Below, piece by piece: positions 18,643 through 28,463 of a DNA stretch of 64,000 nucleotides (its first letter is position 1; every line of letters starts with the position of its first letter). The translations under genes were made by a program, and so were the position numbers. Origin of the DNA: Methanotrichaceae archaeon (GTDB lineage Archaea; Halobacteriota; Methanosarcinia; Methanotrichales; Methanotrichaceae); contig CAVVKN010000023.1 in the NCBI GenBank assembly GCA_963748825.1, positions 160,001-224,000 on the forward strand, in the 5' to 3' direction. Under the pieces are notes generated by a model. The model made no database searches and was not told where the DNA came from. It saw only the letters and a program-made list of their open reading frames with translations.

Positions 18643-19788
18643 CTAAAGCACGAGCTTCCTCTCGAAATGGGTAAGGTTCTCAGAGCCATTTTCCTTTACC
18701 ACTACCAGGTCCTCCAGACGCACGCCTCCGATATCGGGATAGTACAGCCCCGGCTCCACAGTTACCACGTGATTGACCTGCAGGACCTCACCAATCTCGC
18801 TCAGGAGAGGTTTTTCGTGCACATCCAGGCCCACGCCATGCCCGGTGGAATGGGTAAAGCCGCGGCCCTCTCTCTCCGGGTATCCCTGATCCAGGAAGAC
18901 CTGAGAGACCCGAGAATGAACTTCCTTGCCAGAAATGCCTGCACGGATGGCCTTAAGGCCCTCGTCCTGCGCCAAACGCACCGCCTCGTAGATCTCTTTT
19001 GCCTCGGGCGCGGCTTCGCCCTTGAGAACGGTGCGCGTCATATCGGCAAAGTACCGGCTGCTCTTAGAGCGCGGAAAGATATCGATGACAATGGGAGCAT
19101 TAGCTGCTATTGGACCCGTCCCTCGCGCATGAGGGTCGGCCCCCGCGAGGCCGCCGGCAACGATGGTGTCCAATGCCTCGCAGCCGTCCTCTAGCAGGGA
19201 TATCTCAATTGCGCCGCGCACCTTTTCCGAGGTAAGAGGCTGACCATCACGATAGAGCAATTCCCCGCGCGGCTTGGAGCTGCCTATTAGAAGAATCGCC
19301 TGACGCATGGCCCTCTCGCAGGCCCTCTGCGTGCAGCCGATTGCATCCAGCTCCTCTTGCCTCTTTATCCCCCTCCAGCGCGAGGCGGGGCTCTCCAGGA
19401 TAGAGACCTCAAAATCCATGGTTAGATGCTGGTAAAAACCAGCCGGAAAGCGAAAAGGCACGCCCAGACGCCTTATGCCGTGACCCTGCAAAAACTCCAC
19501 CAGCACCCGATAATAAGCCTCTTCCGGATTTTTGCATTTCTTCAGCGTTTCCATGATCTGGTATTGGGCGGTGCTCAGACACTCATCCGCAATGGACTCT
19601 TTCCCAGCCCGGCCCATCTCCATGGAAGAGACGAGCAGTGTAGTTTTCTCCTGGGCAAGAAGGGCGAATTTGTCGCCGGCCAGAAAGTGAGTGAGATAAT
19701 ACATATCAGCATCACAGATGCTGTCGCCGACAAAGAGAAAACCGTCCAGATTATGCCGACCTAGAAAGATCTGGATTGGAGAAGGCAC
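18643..19788 (-). CDS. Xaa-Pro aminopeptidase (M24B)
   Basis: HSTGHGVGLDVHE, TVEPGLY and GGVRLED motifs. Confidence 0.92.
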   Translation of the reverse strand: MPSPIQIFLGRHNLDGFLFVGDSICDADMYYLTHFLAGDKFALLAQEKTTLLVSSMEMGRAGKESIADECLSTAQYQIMETLKKCKNPEEAYYRVLVEFLQGHGIRRLGVPFRFPAGFYQHLTMDFEVSILESPASRWRGIKRQEELDAIGCTQRACERAMRQAILLIGSSKPRGELLYRDGQPLTSEKVRGAIEISLLEDGCEALDTIVAGGLAGADPHARGTGPIAANAPIVIDIFPRSKSSRYFADMTRTVLKGEAAPEAKEIYEAVRLAQDEGLKAIRAGISGKEVHSRVSQVFLDQGYPEREGRGFTHSTGHGVGLDVHEKPLLSEIGEVLQVNHVVTVEPGLYYPDIGGVRLEDLVVVKENGSENLTHFERKLVL

Positions 19789-19794
19789 GAATAA

Positions 19795-20553
19795 CTACCT
19801 GCGAATGGATTTTGTCAACTCAAAGACAAAAGAGGTGACGTCTTGGCTCTTCTCCACGCCAGTTCCTGTGACAATCAAGTCTGCGCCGGCGGCTACCAGC
19901 TCTGCCGCTGCGTCGCCGCAACGTATCCCGCCACCAACTATGAGCAGGACGTCTCCGAGAAGCTTCTTGACCAGGGCCACCATGCCAGCAGGCACGGGAG
20001 AGTCTGCACCTGACCCCGCCTCGAGATACACCATTCTCATGCCCATGAATTTGGCAGACAGGGCATAGGCGGCAGCCAGCTCCGGCTTTCTTCGCGGTAT
20101 GAGGCGGGCATCGCCCACAAAGCCCACTGTGCCGCCCGGCTCAATGATGATATAAGCCATGGGTATGGGCTCCAGACCGTAGCGCAGGATCAACGGAGCA
20201 CCAAGCGCCTGGTTTTCCACGATATAAGCAGGGGAACGGGAGTTTAACAGGCTCATAAAAAAGACAGCATCGGCATTTTCACATAGGCCGGCTACGCTGC
20301 TGGGAAAGAGAATTACCGGCAGATCGGTCTTCTCCTTGATCTCTCGCACCGTCTCATGAAGAAGAATTCCTGCCGCACCTACCGAGCCACCTACCATGAT
20401 GGCGTCAGTGCCACCTTTGGCCGCTGCTAGGGCCATAGCTGCAGCCTGCCTCGGGCTCTGGGAATCCGGATCAATCAAAGTGAGATGTCCGGCCCCGCGC
20501 TCGGCTACTGCGCCGGCCAGCAGCTTCTCGACTCTGCCCCTCTCAAACATCAT
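19795..20553 (-). CDS. Geranylgeranylglyceryl phosphate synthase
   Basis: LIDPD, MVGGS, YLEAGSGA and VGGGIR motifs. Confidence 0.92.
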   Translation of the reverse strand: MMFERGRVEKLLAGAVAERGAGHLTLIDPDSQSPRQAAAMALAAAKGGTDAIMVGGSVGAAGILLHETVREIKEKTDLPVILFPSSVAGLCENADAVFFMSLLNSRSPAYIVENQALGAPLILRYGLEPIPMAYIIIEPGGTVGFVGDARLIPRRKPELAAAYALSAKFMGMRMVYLEAGSGADSPVPAGMVALVKKLLGDVLLIVGGGIRCGDAAAELVAAGADLIVTGTGVEKSQDVTSFVFELTKSIRR

Positions 20554-20703
20554 TTAAGCGGTCTTGTTTTCCTTGGACTTCATCCTCAGTCCTTTGTAAC
20601 CGCACTTGCGGCAGCGAGTCGCTCTTACGGGATTTCGTGCGTTGCAGCTCATGCATATCTTGAGATTCAAGATTCTATTTTCTGCTTCTGGAAATCTAGC
20701 CAT
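20554..20703 (-). CDS. rpl40e: 50S ribosomal protein L40e
   Basis: [10 protein letters not shown]...[20 protein letters not shown]; true start at 20703. Confidence 0.95.
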   Translation of the reverse strand: MARFPEAENRILNLKICMSCNARNPVRATRCRKCGYKGLRMKSKENKTA

Positions 20704-20754
20704 AATTTTATCGCCTTTATTTACTCTGATATGAAACTTTCCATAATTAAATAG

Positions 20755-20903
20755 CGCCGGGGTTGGGATTTTCCTGAGAGAGCTATCGCGCCCCGCCATT
20801 TTGAACCCAAGCGTCCCTGGAAGGGACAACAGGTCTCGAGCCTGCCGCGTATGAACTCCCGCCGCCCAAAAGCAACAGAAATTGTCCGCTCTGCCACCCC
20901 GGC
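20755..20903 (-). tRNA. tRNA-Ser(CGA) with two non-canonical introns (20851-20881 at ~21/22; 20769-20799 at 59/60)
   Basis: Acceptor GCCGGGG/CCCCGGC, discriminator G, anticodon arm GCAGG-CTCGAGA-CCTGT, long variable arm GTCCCT/AGGGAC, T stem TTGGG/CCCAA. Removing both inserts gives an 87-nt cloverleaf. Confidence 0.88.
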
Positions 20904-20985
20904 CCTTGCAATTCTCCGTCTGACCCATGCTTTATATCTGTTGCTCCTCCCTAGTAGCCGCAGGATCCTAAATTCAGGTGTTGTT

Positions 20986-22227
20986 ATGTCTCTTAGAGAT
21001 GATGCATTAGCATTTCATAAAGATGCCAGGGGCAAGATTGCCATCCACAGCAAGGTCCCTTGCGCTACCGTGCGTGACCTCTCCTTAGCGTACACTCCGG
21101 GCGTTGCCGAACCCTGTCGCGAGATTGAGAAGAATCCAAACGACGTTTATGAGTACACCGCCAAGGGCAATATCGTGGCCGTGGTAACAGACGGAACTGC
21201 GGTCCTGGGCCTCGGCGATATTGGTCCCTTGGCTTCCATCCCGGTTATGGAAGGAAAGGCCATTTTGTTCAAGAACTTCGCCGGCATAGATGCCTTTCCC
21301 ATAGCCATAACCTCCAAGGACCCTTCCGTCATCGTGGATACAGTTGCCAGAATAGAGAGCGTCTTTGGCGGAATCAACCTGGAGGACATAAGCGCACCTC
21401 GCTGCTTTGAGGTAGAGGAGCGGCTCAAGAAGATCCTGTCGATACCAGTCTTTCACGATGACCAGCACGGCACCGCCGTGGTCGCCCTGGCCGCGCTCAT
21501 CAATGCCCTCAAGGTGGTAGGCAAGAGCTTTGATCAGGTACGCGTGGCCGTGAGTGGAGCTGGCGCGGCGGGCATCGCCGTTACCAAATTTCTCTACAGC
21601 TTTGGGGTAAAGGACGTCATACTCTGCGATAGCCGGGGAGTGATCCACACCGGCCGGCCCGACCTCAACCCATCCAAAAAGGAGATCGCCCGGACGACCA
21701 ATCCCCGTAATGTTACGGGCACGCTTGCCGACGCCATTGCCGGAGCGGACGTCTACCTGGGCCTGTCAGTAGCGGGCATTGTAACTCCCGCTATGGTAAA
21801 GAGCATGGCCTCCGGCGCAATCGTCTTTGCCATGGCTAATCCCGTGCCCGAGATCATGCCCGATCTGGCCTTGCAAGCTGGAGCGCGAGTTGTAGCCACC
21901 GGCCGATCCGATTTCCCCAATCAGGTAAACAATGTGCTTGGCTTCCCGGGGATCTTTCGCGGAGCCCTGGATGTGCGGGCTTCAGACATCAATGAGGCCA
22001 TGAAGGTCGCAGCTTCGCGGGCCATTGCCGACCTGGTAGAGAACGTATCCGAGGAGTGCATCATTCCCTCACCACTGGACCGAAGAGTCGTTCCCGCCGT
22101 CGCCGCAGCCGTCGCTCGCGCCGCCATAGAAACGGGCGTGGCGCGCGTTCCGATGGATCCAGCCGAGGTGGGAAGACGAGCGGAGGCATTGGTAAAGAAT
22201 CTGGAGAGAAACGCTTGCTCTCCATAG
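20986..22227 (+). CDS. NAD(P)-dependent malic enzyme
   Basis: LAYTPGVA, GINLED, FHDDQHGT and GAGAAG motifs; start at ATG 20986. Confidence 0.93.
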   Translation: MSLRDDALAFHKDARGKIAIHSKVPCATVRDLSLAYTPGVAEPCREIEKNPNDVYEYTAKGNIVAVVTDGTAVLGLGDIGPLASIPVMEGKAILFKNFAGIDAFPIAITSKDPSVIVDTVARIESVFGGINLEDISAPRCFEVEERLKKILSIPVFHDDQHGTAVVALAALINALKVVGKSFDQVRVAVSGAGAAGIAVTKFLYSFGVKDVILCDSRGVIHTGRPDLNPSKKEIARTTNPRNVTGTLADAIAGADVYLGLSVAGIVTPAMVKSMASGAIVFAMANPVPEIMPDLALQAGARVVATGRSDFPNQVNNVLGFPGIFRGALDVRASDINEAMKVAASRAIADLVENVSEECIIPSPLDRRVVPAVAAAVARAAIETGVARVPMDPAEVGRRAEALVKNLERNACSP

Positions 22228-22236
22228 ATTCTATAC

Positions 22237-24558
22237 TCATGATTTTTTCGAACAGGGACAGGTCTTTTTGCCCTGTCCCGTCTTTTCTGCTTTTGTCGCT
22301 GCAGAAGGGTTGTCCTTTGAGCGGCGGGATGCATCATAAATTCTCACATTTTTGGTAGTGGACCAGGGCGATACAGCTTCATTGCTGTCTGTGGCCATGA
22401 CCCGGACCGAATATGTTCCGGCCTGGCTCCAGGTATGCGAAACGCGCCCAGAAGTTCCCGAATTTACCAGATTGGTCTGCGAGGTACTGCCGTCGCCCCA
22501 GTCGAAGGTATAGAAGATCTGGTCTCGATTGGAATCCGTAGTATAGCCTGTAAAGGAATAGGACTTGCCCACATAGCCAGATGCGACCCCCTTTGGAGTG
22601 GAAGGCTTTTTAGGGGGGATGTTAGCGGTTATCCTGACCGCAAGATATGTTGACCAGGCGGACTGACCACCCCTTCGATCTGTGGCCTTAGCCCGCACAT
22701 AGTATGTACCAGATCGCTGCCAAGCGTGAGATAAGCTGATCTTCTCCGCAGATTTCGCGAACTCTGTCACCGACGAGCTTTCATCTCCCCAGTCGAAGGT
22801 AATCTGGACATCATCGCCATCCGGATCAATCGCTGAAGCTGTGTAACTGTAAGATTTCTGCAAAATGCCTGATGTAGTACCTTGGGACTTGGCAGGCTTC
22901 GAAGGCAGCCGATTGGCGGCAGCAATGGTGACGGGAAGAGCTGCTGACCATTGGGATGAGGCTCCTTTGCTGTCTGTAGCTTTAGCCGTTACCTGGTAGG
23001 TTCCCGCCCGGCTCCAGGTGTGCGTGGCCGCCCCCGGGCCGGAAGTGATCAGCCCGGTCTCCGAAGTGAGGCCATCTCCCCAGTTGAAGGTGAACTTGAC
23101 CGGATCTCCTTCGGGATCGGCAGCTGAAGTGGTGTAGCCTAAGGAATTAAGGATGGACCCCTGCACGGGGCCCTGAGGCTGAGAAGGCATTTGCGGCGCA
23201 TTGTTTTCGCTATCGTGATAGCTCATATCCAGAGTCATCCAGTAGAAGGCATATCCTAGACCGCTGTAGGCACAATCGTAATTCATGTCCATATTCATGC
23301 GGAAGAGGCCAGCCGGTCGCCCTGTCGTCGTTCCCCAGCTATTGAGCATGATCCAGTAGCGGTTATTGGGATCTGTATCATCATAGCCCACGCAGAGAAC
23401 GGCATGCCCGCCTCCGCTCTGATAGTTATACGACCTTCCTGCAGCAAAGTCCGGCTGCCATAAGGCGCTCTCCGGCTGCGTGCCCCAGAAGCTAAAGAAG
23501 TTGTTCCAGGCATTACTATCCGGCAAAAAGTAGCCAAACCATATGCCTTTGCCCTGCCCAAGGACGTTCTTGATGTTGGAGATGGCGGCCTCTCTTGCCA
23601 GTCCGTGTGAGGGAACGGTACTGGTGGAGATGGTAGTCAGATCATAATGGGGATCGGTGGATATGGTGGAAGCGGGAACTGCAGAACATGCGCCGCAGCC
23701 CTGACCGCCATCACGATAACGGGCGTTGGCGTTGGACCAGGGAACGATCATGCCCTTCGCTCTGTAAAAGCTAGCAAGACCCTCCAGCCAGCCGCCGCAG
23801 CAGGCTCCCGAGCCGCCGCAGCCTCCGTTGTAGTTGGAATCAAGGTACTGAACGGAGAAGCGATCGGATGCGCCCATCTGTCGGGCGTAATCGATCTCCA
23901 TCACGCCGGTTCCTGCCCAGGCCCAGCAGTTGCCGCAGCTTCCCTGATCACGCTCGGAGGGCGTGTATTCGATCTGGTCCAGCAGGCTGACGGAAGCGGC
24001 AGGCGCGGCTGCCATCCGTGCTGCAATCTCAGGGCTGAGGTAGGCCTTGGCAGAAGCATTGTACTGCCCCGTCCATAGGCTCGCATCTTCTAGCGTGGGG
24101 CGCATGACAGGATATTCCCGAGCGGGGAGAGAGGCAGTGAGATTGGCTGGGGCGAAAAAGCCATAGTCCAGACCAAAGCCGGGCTTATCGGCGAGCGTCA
24201 CTTCATAGTAGCCGGCTCCGGGAGCTGTCTGATTGCTGCCGGGAAACGGATCTACCCTTAGCTTGTAGTGGCCAGGGGAGAGATTGACGAAGAGGTACTG
24301 CCCCGATTCGTTGGTGGTAGTGTTCGAGATTTCAGTTCCATCCAGGATCAGCCGGATGGTCCTATTCTCGAGACCGATCTCACCGAGCGAGAAGAAACTG
24401 TCGCCATTCGTATCCTGAAAAGCGGTGCCGTTCAGGGAAAGGCCCGCCGCATCCGGTGAGAAGGAAAGAGCATCAGCGCCGGCTGCTATCAGCGAGGCTG
24501 ATAATAAGAAGAACAACGCGGTCAAGCAGAAGAAATGTCTTTGGGATTGTTGAATCAT
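22237..24558 (-). CDS. Secreted C1A (papain-like) peptidase with SdrD-B-like and three PKD-like domains
   Basis: QGSCGNCWA, GGHAV and NSWG catalytic motifs; three F[DN]WGD repeats; signal peptide. Confidence 0.88.
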   Translation of the reverse strand: MIQQSQRHFFCLTALFFLLSASLIAAGADALSFSPDAAGLSLNGTAFQDTNGDSFFSLGEIGLENRTIRLILDGTEISNTTTNESGQYLFVNLSPGHYKLRVDPFPGSNQTAPGAGYYEVTLADKPGFGLDYGFFAPANLTASLPAREYPVMRPTLEDASLWTGQYNASAKAYLSPEIAARMAAAPAASVSLLDQIEYTPSERDQGSCGNCWAWAGTGVMEIDYARQMGASDRFSVQYLDSNYNGGCGGSGACCGGWLEGLASFYRAKGMIVPWSNANARYRDGGQGCGACSAVPASTISTDPHYDLTTISTSTVPSHGLAREAAISNIKNVLGQGKGIWFGYFLPDSNAWNNFFSFWGTQPESALWQPDFAAGRSYNYQSGGGHAVLCVGYDDTDPNNRYWIMLNSWGTTTGRPAGLFRMNMDMNYDCAYSGLGYAFYWMTLDMSYHDSENNAPQMPSQPQGPVQGSILNSLGYTTSAADPEGDPVKFTFNWGDGLTSETGLITSGPGAATHTWSRAGTYQVTAKATDSKGASSQWSAALPVTIAAANRLPSKPAKSQGTTSGILQKSYSYTASAIDPDGDDVQITFDWGDESSSVTEFAKSAEKISLSHAWQRSGTYYVRAKATDRRGGQSAWSTYLAVRITANIPPKKPSTPKGVASGYVGKSYSFTGYTTDSNRDQIFYTFDWGDGSTSQTNLVNSGTSGRVSHTWSQAGTYSVRVMATDSNEAVSPWSTTKNVRIYDASRRSKDNPSAATKAEKTGQGKKTCPCSKKS

Positions 24559-25050
24559 TTTTACACACCATATATATTTAGACTGAATTGAAATATAAAG
24601 TTTTGCTGAATGTTATAGCTCTGCAAAAACAGGCCATCAGGTATTAAGCCCCGGGCATTGAAAGAGTGGATGGGTGATTTTCGTGAAGAAGAAGGCAAAG
24701 AGAGGGGAAAAGGATCAGGGCGAGATGAGGAAGAGGCTGGAGAATAGCTTGCCCTGGAGCTTATCACGATGGTTGGCAAAGATGTGGCGGAAAAGAAAGT
24801 GATAATGTCAGGTTTTTATGCTGCCTCTTAAGGTCAAACTGATAGGATATTCTTTCAAGCAGACGGCCCAGAAGATAGTGTTTTTTGCAGGCGCATATTG
24901 CACCGATCACGCAAAGCATCAGCCAGCCATCCCTATTACCAAGCCAGGAAGAGGCCAGGGCTAAGATCTGGCGGCGATTCTGGAGATGAGGAGGAATAAT
25001 CATAATAGACATATTTAAGTTATATAATTCAAGTGTATCGACTTAGCCCT

Positions 25051-25352
25051 ATCTCCTCTCCCTCATCTTGAAGGAAGGAGAGATAAGTTGGAGCGAGTGG
25101 TTCTCAGCAGCATGATCTTAAGACTAAAAAATCCTTAATTTTTCCACCACCGCTCTTGTCACATCCGCCGTCCCACTGTCCCGCCCAAATCCGGCGTCCG
25201 CGCTCCCCCGACCAGAGCATTTTGCACCGCTGCTTCGATCCGGCGCGCCTTTTCCGGCTCTCCCAGCCACTTCATCATCATGGCTGCACTTCTGATAGCA
25301 TCCACAGGATTGGCTATGCCCTTTCCAGCGATGTCCGGCGTACTGCCGTGGA
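25051..25352. repeat. Diverged ~300-bp duplicate of 25852..26154 (hicA 3' end plus dehydrogenase 3' end)
   Basis: Shared atctcctctcc...gatcttaagactaaaaaatcctt...ctgccgtgga. The copy encodes HGSTPDIAG...ARTPDLGG with a frameshift. Confidence 0.85.
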
Positions 25353-25444
25353 ACAAATTGAAAGTTTGCCACCGTTGAGGCAAAATGCCTCGCATCGCAT
25401 CAGGATCAGTGTTAAATCCTTTCAGCACCCAATAAAACCGCTAT

Positions 25445-25699
25445 ATGTTCGCAGAGTATGTCGCAGCTGCCTTAGAGCGAGCGAAATATAAAACTCTCGA
25501 AGACGGCACTTATGCTGCAACCGTAGAAGGGCTTCGGGGTGTTATCGCGATAGGCGATACCATTGAAGAATGCAGAAACGATCTCATCGGAGTAATTGAC
25601 GGCTGGATCGCCTTGAGGCTGCGCATGGGCCGGACCATTCCACCCATAGGCCGCCTTACGATTGACGTATCCACGGAGCCGGTTGCCATTGTCGAATAG
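25445..25699 (+). CDS. hicB: HicB-family antitoxin (short form)
   Basis: LEDGTYAATVEGLRGVIAIGDTIEECRNDL pattern. Confidence 0.85.
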   Translation: MFAEYVAAALERAKYKTLEDGTYAATVEGLRGVIAIGDTIEECRNDLIGVIDGWIALRLRMGRTIPPIGRLTIDVSTEPVAIVE

Positions 25700-25922
25700 G
25701 CTTATACCTATTTCACGACGAGAATTGATCAGGTGACTGAGGAATTTGGGGTTTGAAGGACCATATCCTGGTTCCGGCCATGATTATATGGTCAAGGATG
25801 ATGCTTATGTTTCGATCCCAAATCCGCACCATGGTGGAAAAATCAGTGTGGATCTCCTCTCCATCATCTTGAAGGAGGGAGAGATAAGTCGGACCGAGTG
25901 GTTCTCAGCAGCACGATCTTAA
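25689..25922 (+). pseudogene. hicA: HicA-family toxin with in-frame TGA at codon 16
   Basis: MSNRLIPISRRELIR*LRNLGFEGPYPGSGHDYMVK...IPNPHH...LLSIILKEGEISRTEW; stop at 25734-25736. Confidence 0.8.
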
Positions 25923-25924
25923 GA

Positions 25925-26902
25925 CTAAAAAATCCTTAAATTCTCCACCACTGCCCGGGTCACATCCACCGTCTTAGAACACCCACCCAGATCAGGCGTT
26001 CTGGCTCCCCCGGCCAGCGCATTTCGCACCGCCGCTTCGATCCGGCGCGCTTTTTCGGGCTCGCCCAGCCACTCCATCATCATGGCCGCGCTTCGGATGG
26101 ATCCCACGGGATTGGCGACGCCGCTTCCCGCTATGTCCGGGGCGCTGCCGTGGATGGGCTCGAAAAGGGCATGAGAAATGCCCAGGTTGGCGCTGGCGCA
26201 TAGACCGAGGCTGCCGATAACTCCCGCCGCCTCATCGCTCAAGATGTCCCCGAAGAGATTGGTGGTGACCAGCACGTCGAAACGTTTGGGATTCACCACC
26301 AGATTGTAGGCGGCGGCGTCCACCAGCATATCATCGCAGAGCACGCCCCGCCGCGCAGCTACGGCGCGGCAGGTCCCCAGGAAGAGGCGATCGCTTCGCA
26401 GCACATTGGACTTGTGGATGATGGTCAGCTTTCTTCTGCGACTGGCCAGGTCGCAGGCAATCTCCGCAATCCTCTCCGAGCCGGCCCTCGTTATCACCCG
26501 CAAGGTGCGCGACTCCTCCACCCCCACTTCCTCCAGACCCGAGTAAAGCCCCTCCGTGTTCTCCCGCACAATTATGAAATCAAGATCGTTGGACTGGAAA
26601 GGGCGGATATTTGCATAAAGGTCCAGCTCCTTTCGTATTCTGAGGAGCACACTTTTATAATTAGGATCAGGCGGCGTGCTGATCGCTCCAAAAAGAACGC
26701 AGTCGCACTCTTTGAAGGCCCCTAAATCCTCCTCGGCCATCGCCAGGCCCGTTCTCTTCCAGCGAGCCAGGCCAATCTCCACGGGGACCCGTTCAAACTG
26801 CGCGCCGACGGCGTCCAGCACCGCCAGAGCGCTCTCTATTACCTCGGGACCGATGCCGTCACCGGCAACTACGGCTACTTTCTTAGATCCTGCACCAGAC
26901 AT
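25925..26902 (-). CDS. Isopropylmalate/homoisocitrate dehydrogenase family (LeuB/AksF-like)
   Basis: GDGIGPEV, RENTEGLY, NLFGDILSD and EPIHGSAPDIAG motifs. Confidence 0.92.
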   Translation of the reverse strand: MSGAGSKKVAVVAGDGIGPEVIESALAVLDAVGAQFERVPVEIGLARWKRTGLAMAEEDLGAFKECDCVLFGAISTPPDPNYKSVLLRIRKELDLYANIRPFQSNDLDFIIVRENTEGLYSGLEEVGVEESRTLRVITRAGSERIAEIACDLASRRRKLTIIHKSNVLRSDRLFLGTCRAVAARRGVLCDDMLVDAAAYNLVVNPKRFDVLVTTNLFGDILSDEAAGVIGSLGLCASANLGISHALFEPIHGSAPDIAGSGVANPVGSIRSAAMMMEWLGEPEKARRIEAAVRNALAGGARTPDLGGCSKTVDVTRAVVENLRIF

Positions 26903-27702
26903 CTTACCGCCTCCGCTATTCTAGCCGGCCCGTCTCCCCAATGAACCACCATGCCCGGCTGCCCGTTCTTGGAAGCTTTGCCACTCCGCTCGGAACGGCA
27001 GCACCGGGTGATAAAAGGCCCCTTTGGTTCAAAGATGGGCTCCGAACTGTGCAAGGGACATATATTGACAAACTCGAAATCTTTGCCAGGATTATTGGCC
27101 ATAAAGATCTCTCGCGAGACCTCGCACCCCACAATCCTGGGGTGCTCGTGCACCACCCTATCCGTGTCCAAAGAGCGCCCCAGGCCCGAGGCCCGGCAAG
27201 GGTAATAAACAGAGTTGCAATCAAATCGGCGCAGATCCAGAATATGAGGTACAAAACGTACCGTCAGATCGCCTAAGACGCCGCAGGCCTCCAGGCCGGC
27301 GAGAACGTGAACCAGCCAGGACGGATTGGGAGGCGAGACGTCCAAGACCTCGATGGTCAAGACCAGGGCAGGGTCGGGGTCCTTGACAAAGGTGATGTGC
27401 TCATCCAGACCCTTAAAGACGACAGTGTTCGCCTTCCCACTCCGGCAGATGCCGTCCGCCAGCTCTATGAGACGGGCCCGGTTCCGGGTGTCCACAATAT
27501 CAGGATAAAACATGATCTCCTGGCCTGAGGCGATCAGCTCCAGCTCTACCACGGTCCTCATGAAGCCTGAGCCGCTACTTTTGACATGGTAGAGACTGGG
27601 CCCATCCCGACTGATGAGATACTCCGTGGCAAAGTAGACGGATTCACCCCGCCGCTCCCGGTCCTTTATGCCCACAGACTTGTACTCGTCCGGAAAGATC
27701 AT
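26875..27702 (-). CDS. Conserved Cys-rich hypothetical protein
   Basis: Operon-like position between the dehydratase subunit and dehydrogenase genes; YYPC, VGC, NICP and RCC motifs. Confidence 0.7.
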   Translation of the reverse strand: MIFPDEYKSVGIKDRERRGESVYFATEYLISRDGPSLYHVKSSGSGFMRTVVELELIASGQEIMFYPDIVDTRNRARLIELADGICRSGKANTVVFKGLDEHITFVKDPDPALVLTIEVLDVSPPNPSWLVHVLAGLEACGVLGDLTVRFVPHILDLRRFDCNSVYYPCRASGLGRSLDTDRVVHEHPRIVGCEVSREIFMANNPGKDFEFVNICPLHSSEPIFEPKGPFITRCCRSERSGKASKNGQPGMVVHWGDGPARIAEAVRCLVQDLRK

Positions 27703-27706
27703 GCCA

Positions 27707-28186
27707 TCATGCCAGTCCTTTCTGCCGCCTTCGGTGCGCCACCAGGCCCCCGTCTTCCAGTATTTCCATCAGGAAATCAGGCAGCCTGGTGCCATTATAG
27801 ACTTTATCCCCCACGCGCACCGTTCCTTCCACAAGATCCACCACCACAGTTTCGCCCTTCTGGCAGGACACATCCGCCTCGATCAGAGCCAGCCCTACAT
27901 TGATGGCATTTCTGTAGAAGATACGAGCAAAGGACCGGGCTACCACCACGGCCACGCCCGCCCCCTTCAAGGCACGGGGTGCCTGCTCGCGCGACGAGCC
28001 GCTGCCGAAGTTTCTGCCCGCTACAATCACATCGCCCTTCTGCACCTGGGATGCAAATTGCGGGTCTAAGCCCTCCATGGCATGCTCCGCCCAGAGCCTC
28101 GCGTCTTTTGTGCGCAGGTACTTGCCGGGGATGATCACATCTGTATCTACATCGTCTCCAAAGACCCAAGCCTTGCCACTGATCAT
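27707..28186 (-). CDS. 3-isopropylmalate dehydratase/homoaconitase small subunit (LeuD/AksE-like)
   Basis: [20 protein letters not shown] and FARIFYRN motifs. Confidence 0.92.
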   Translation of the reverse strand: MISGKAWVFGDDVDTDVIIPGKYLRTKDARLWAEHAMEGLDPQFASQVQKGDVIVAGRNFGSGSSREQAPRALKGAGVAVVVARSFARIFYRNAINVGLALIEADVSCQKGETVVVDLVEGTVRVGDKVYNGTRLPDFLMEILEDGGLVAHRRRQKGLA

Positions 28187-28463
28187 GATTTTCTTATCCC
28201 CTATCGCATTTTATATTGGCATTTCCCGCATAATACTTTTTGCATCACTTTCGCCCCGCTCGGCTATCCTTCATCTTTCTCAAGACGATCATCTCCATGA
28301 TGTCATCTGCTTTATAATCATCTTCTTTATGGGAAGCTAATTATGGGGGCATTATTAGCAGACTATTTGTATCATATACATACTTTTATTAGTTCATAAA
28401 ATGATTTACTGCTATCATTTAATCTGGAAAAGTATTTATTCTTACACGCACTAGATAGCTGCT

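Noticed and set aside
20704-20985. Long N-terminal extensions of rpl40e (to 20928) and malic enzyme (from 20851)
   Set aside because: Both overlap the intron-containing tRNA-Ser; the conserved proteins start at 20703 and 20986.
25124-25428. Independent small dehydrogenase genes (25124..25372 and 25159..25428)
   Set aside because: They are a frameshifted duplicate of the 3' end of 25925..26902.
25734-25736. Selenocysteine recoding of the hicA TGA
   Set aside because: The position is not a Cys-type catalytic site and no SECIS-like evidence is seen; a nonsense mutation is simpler.
28245-28340. Minus-strand peptide ADDIMEMIVLRKM resembling the end of 28464..28667 (ADVEEMIMLRL)
   Set aside because: The match is short, with no clear start codon for the full frame, and may be chance.
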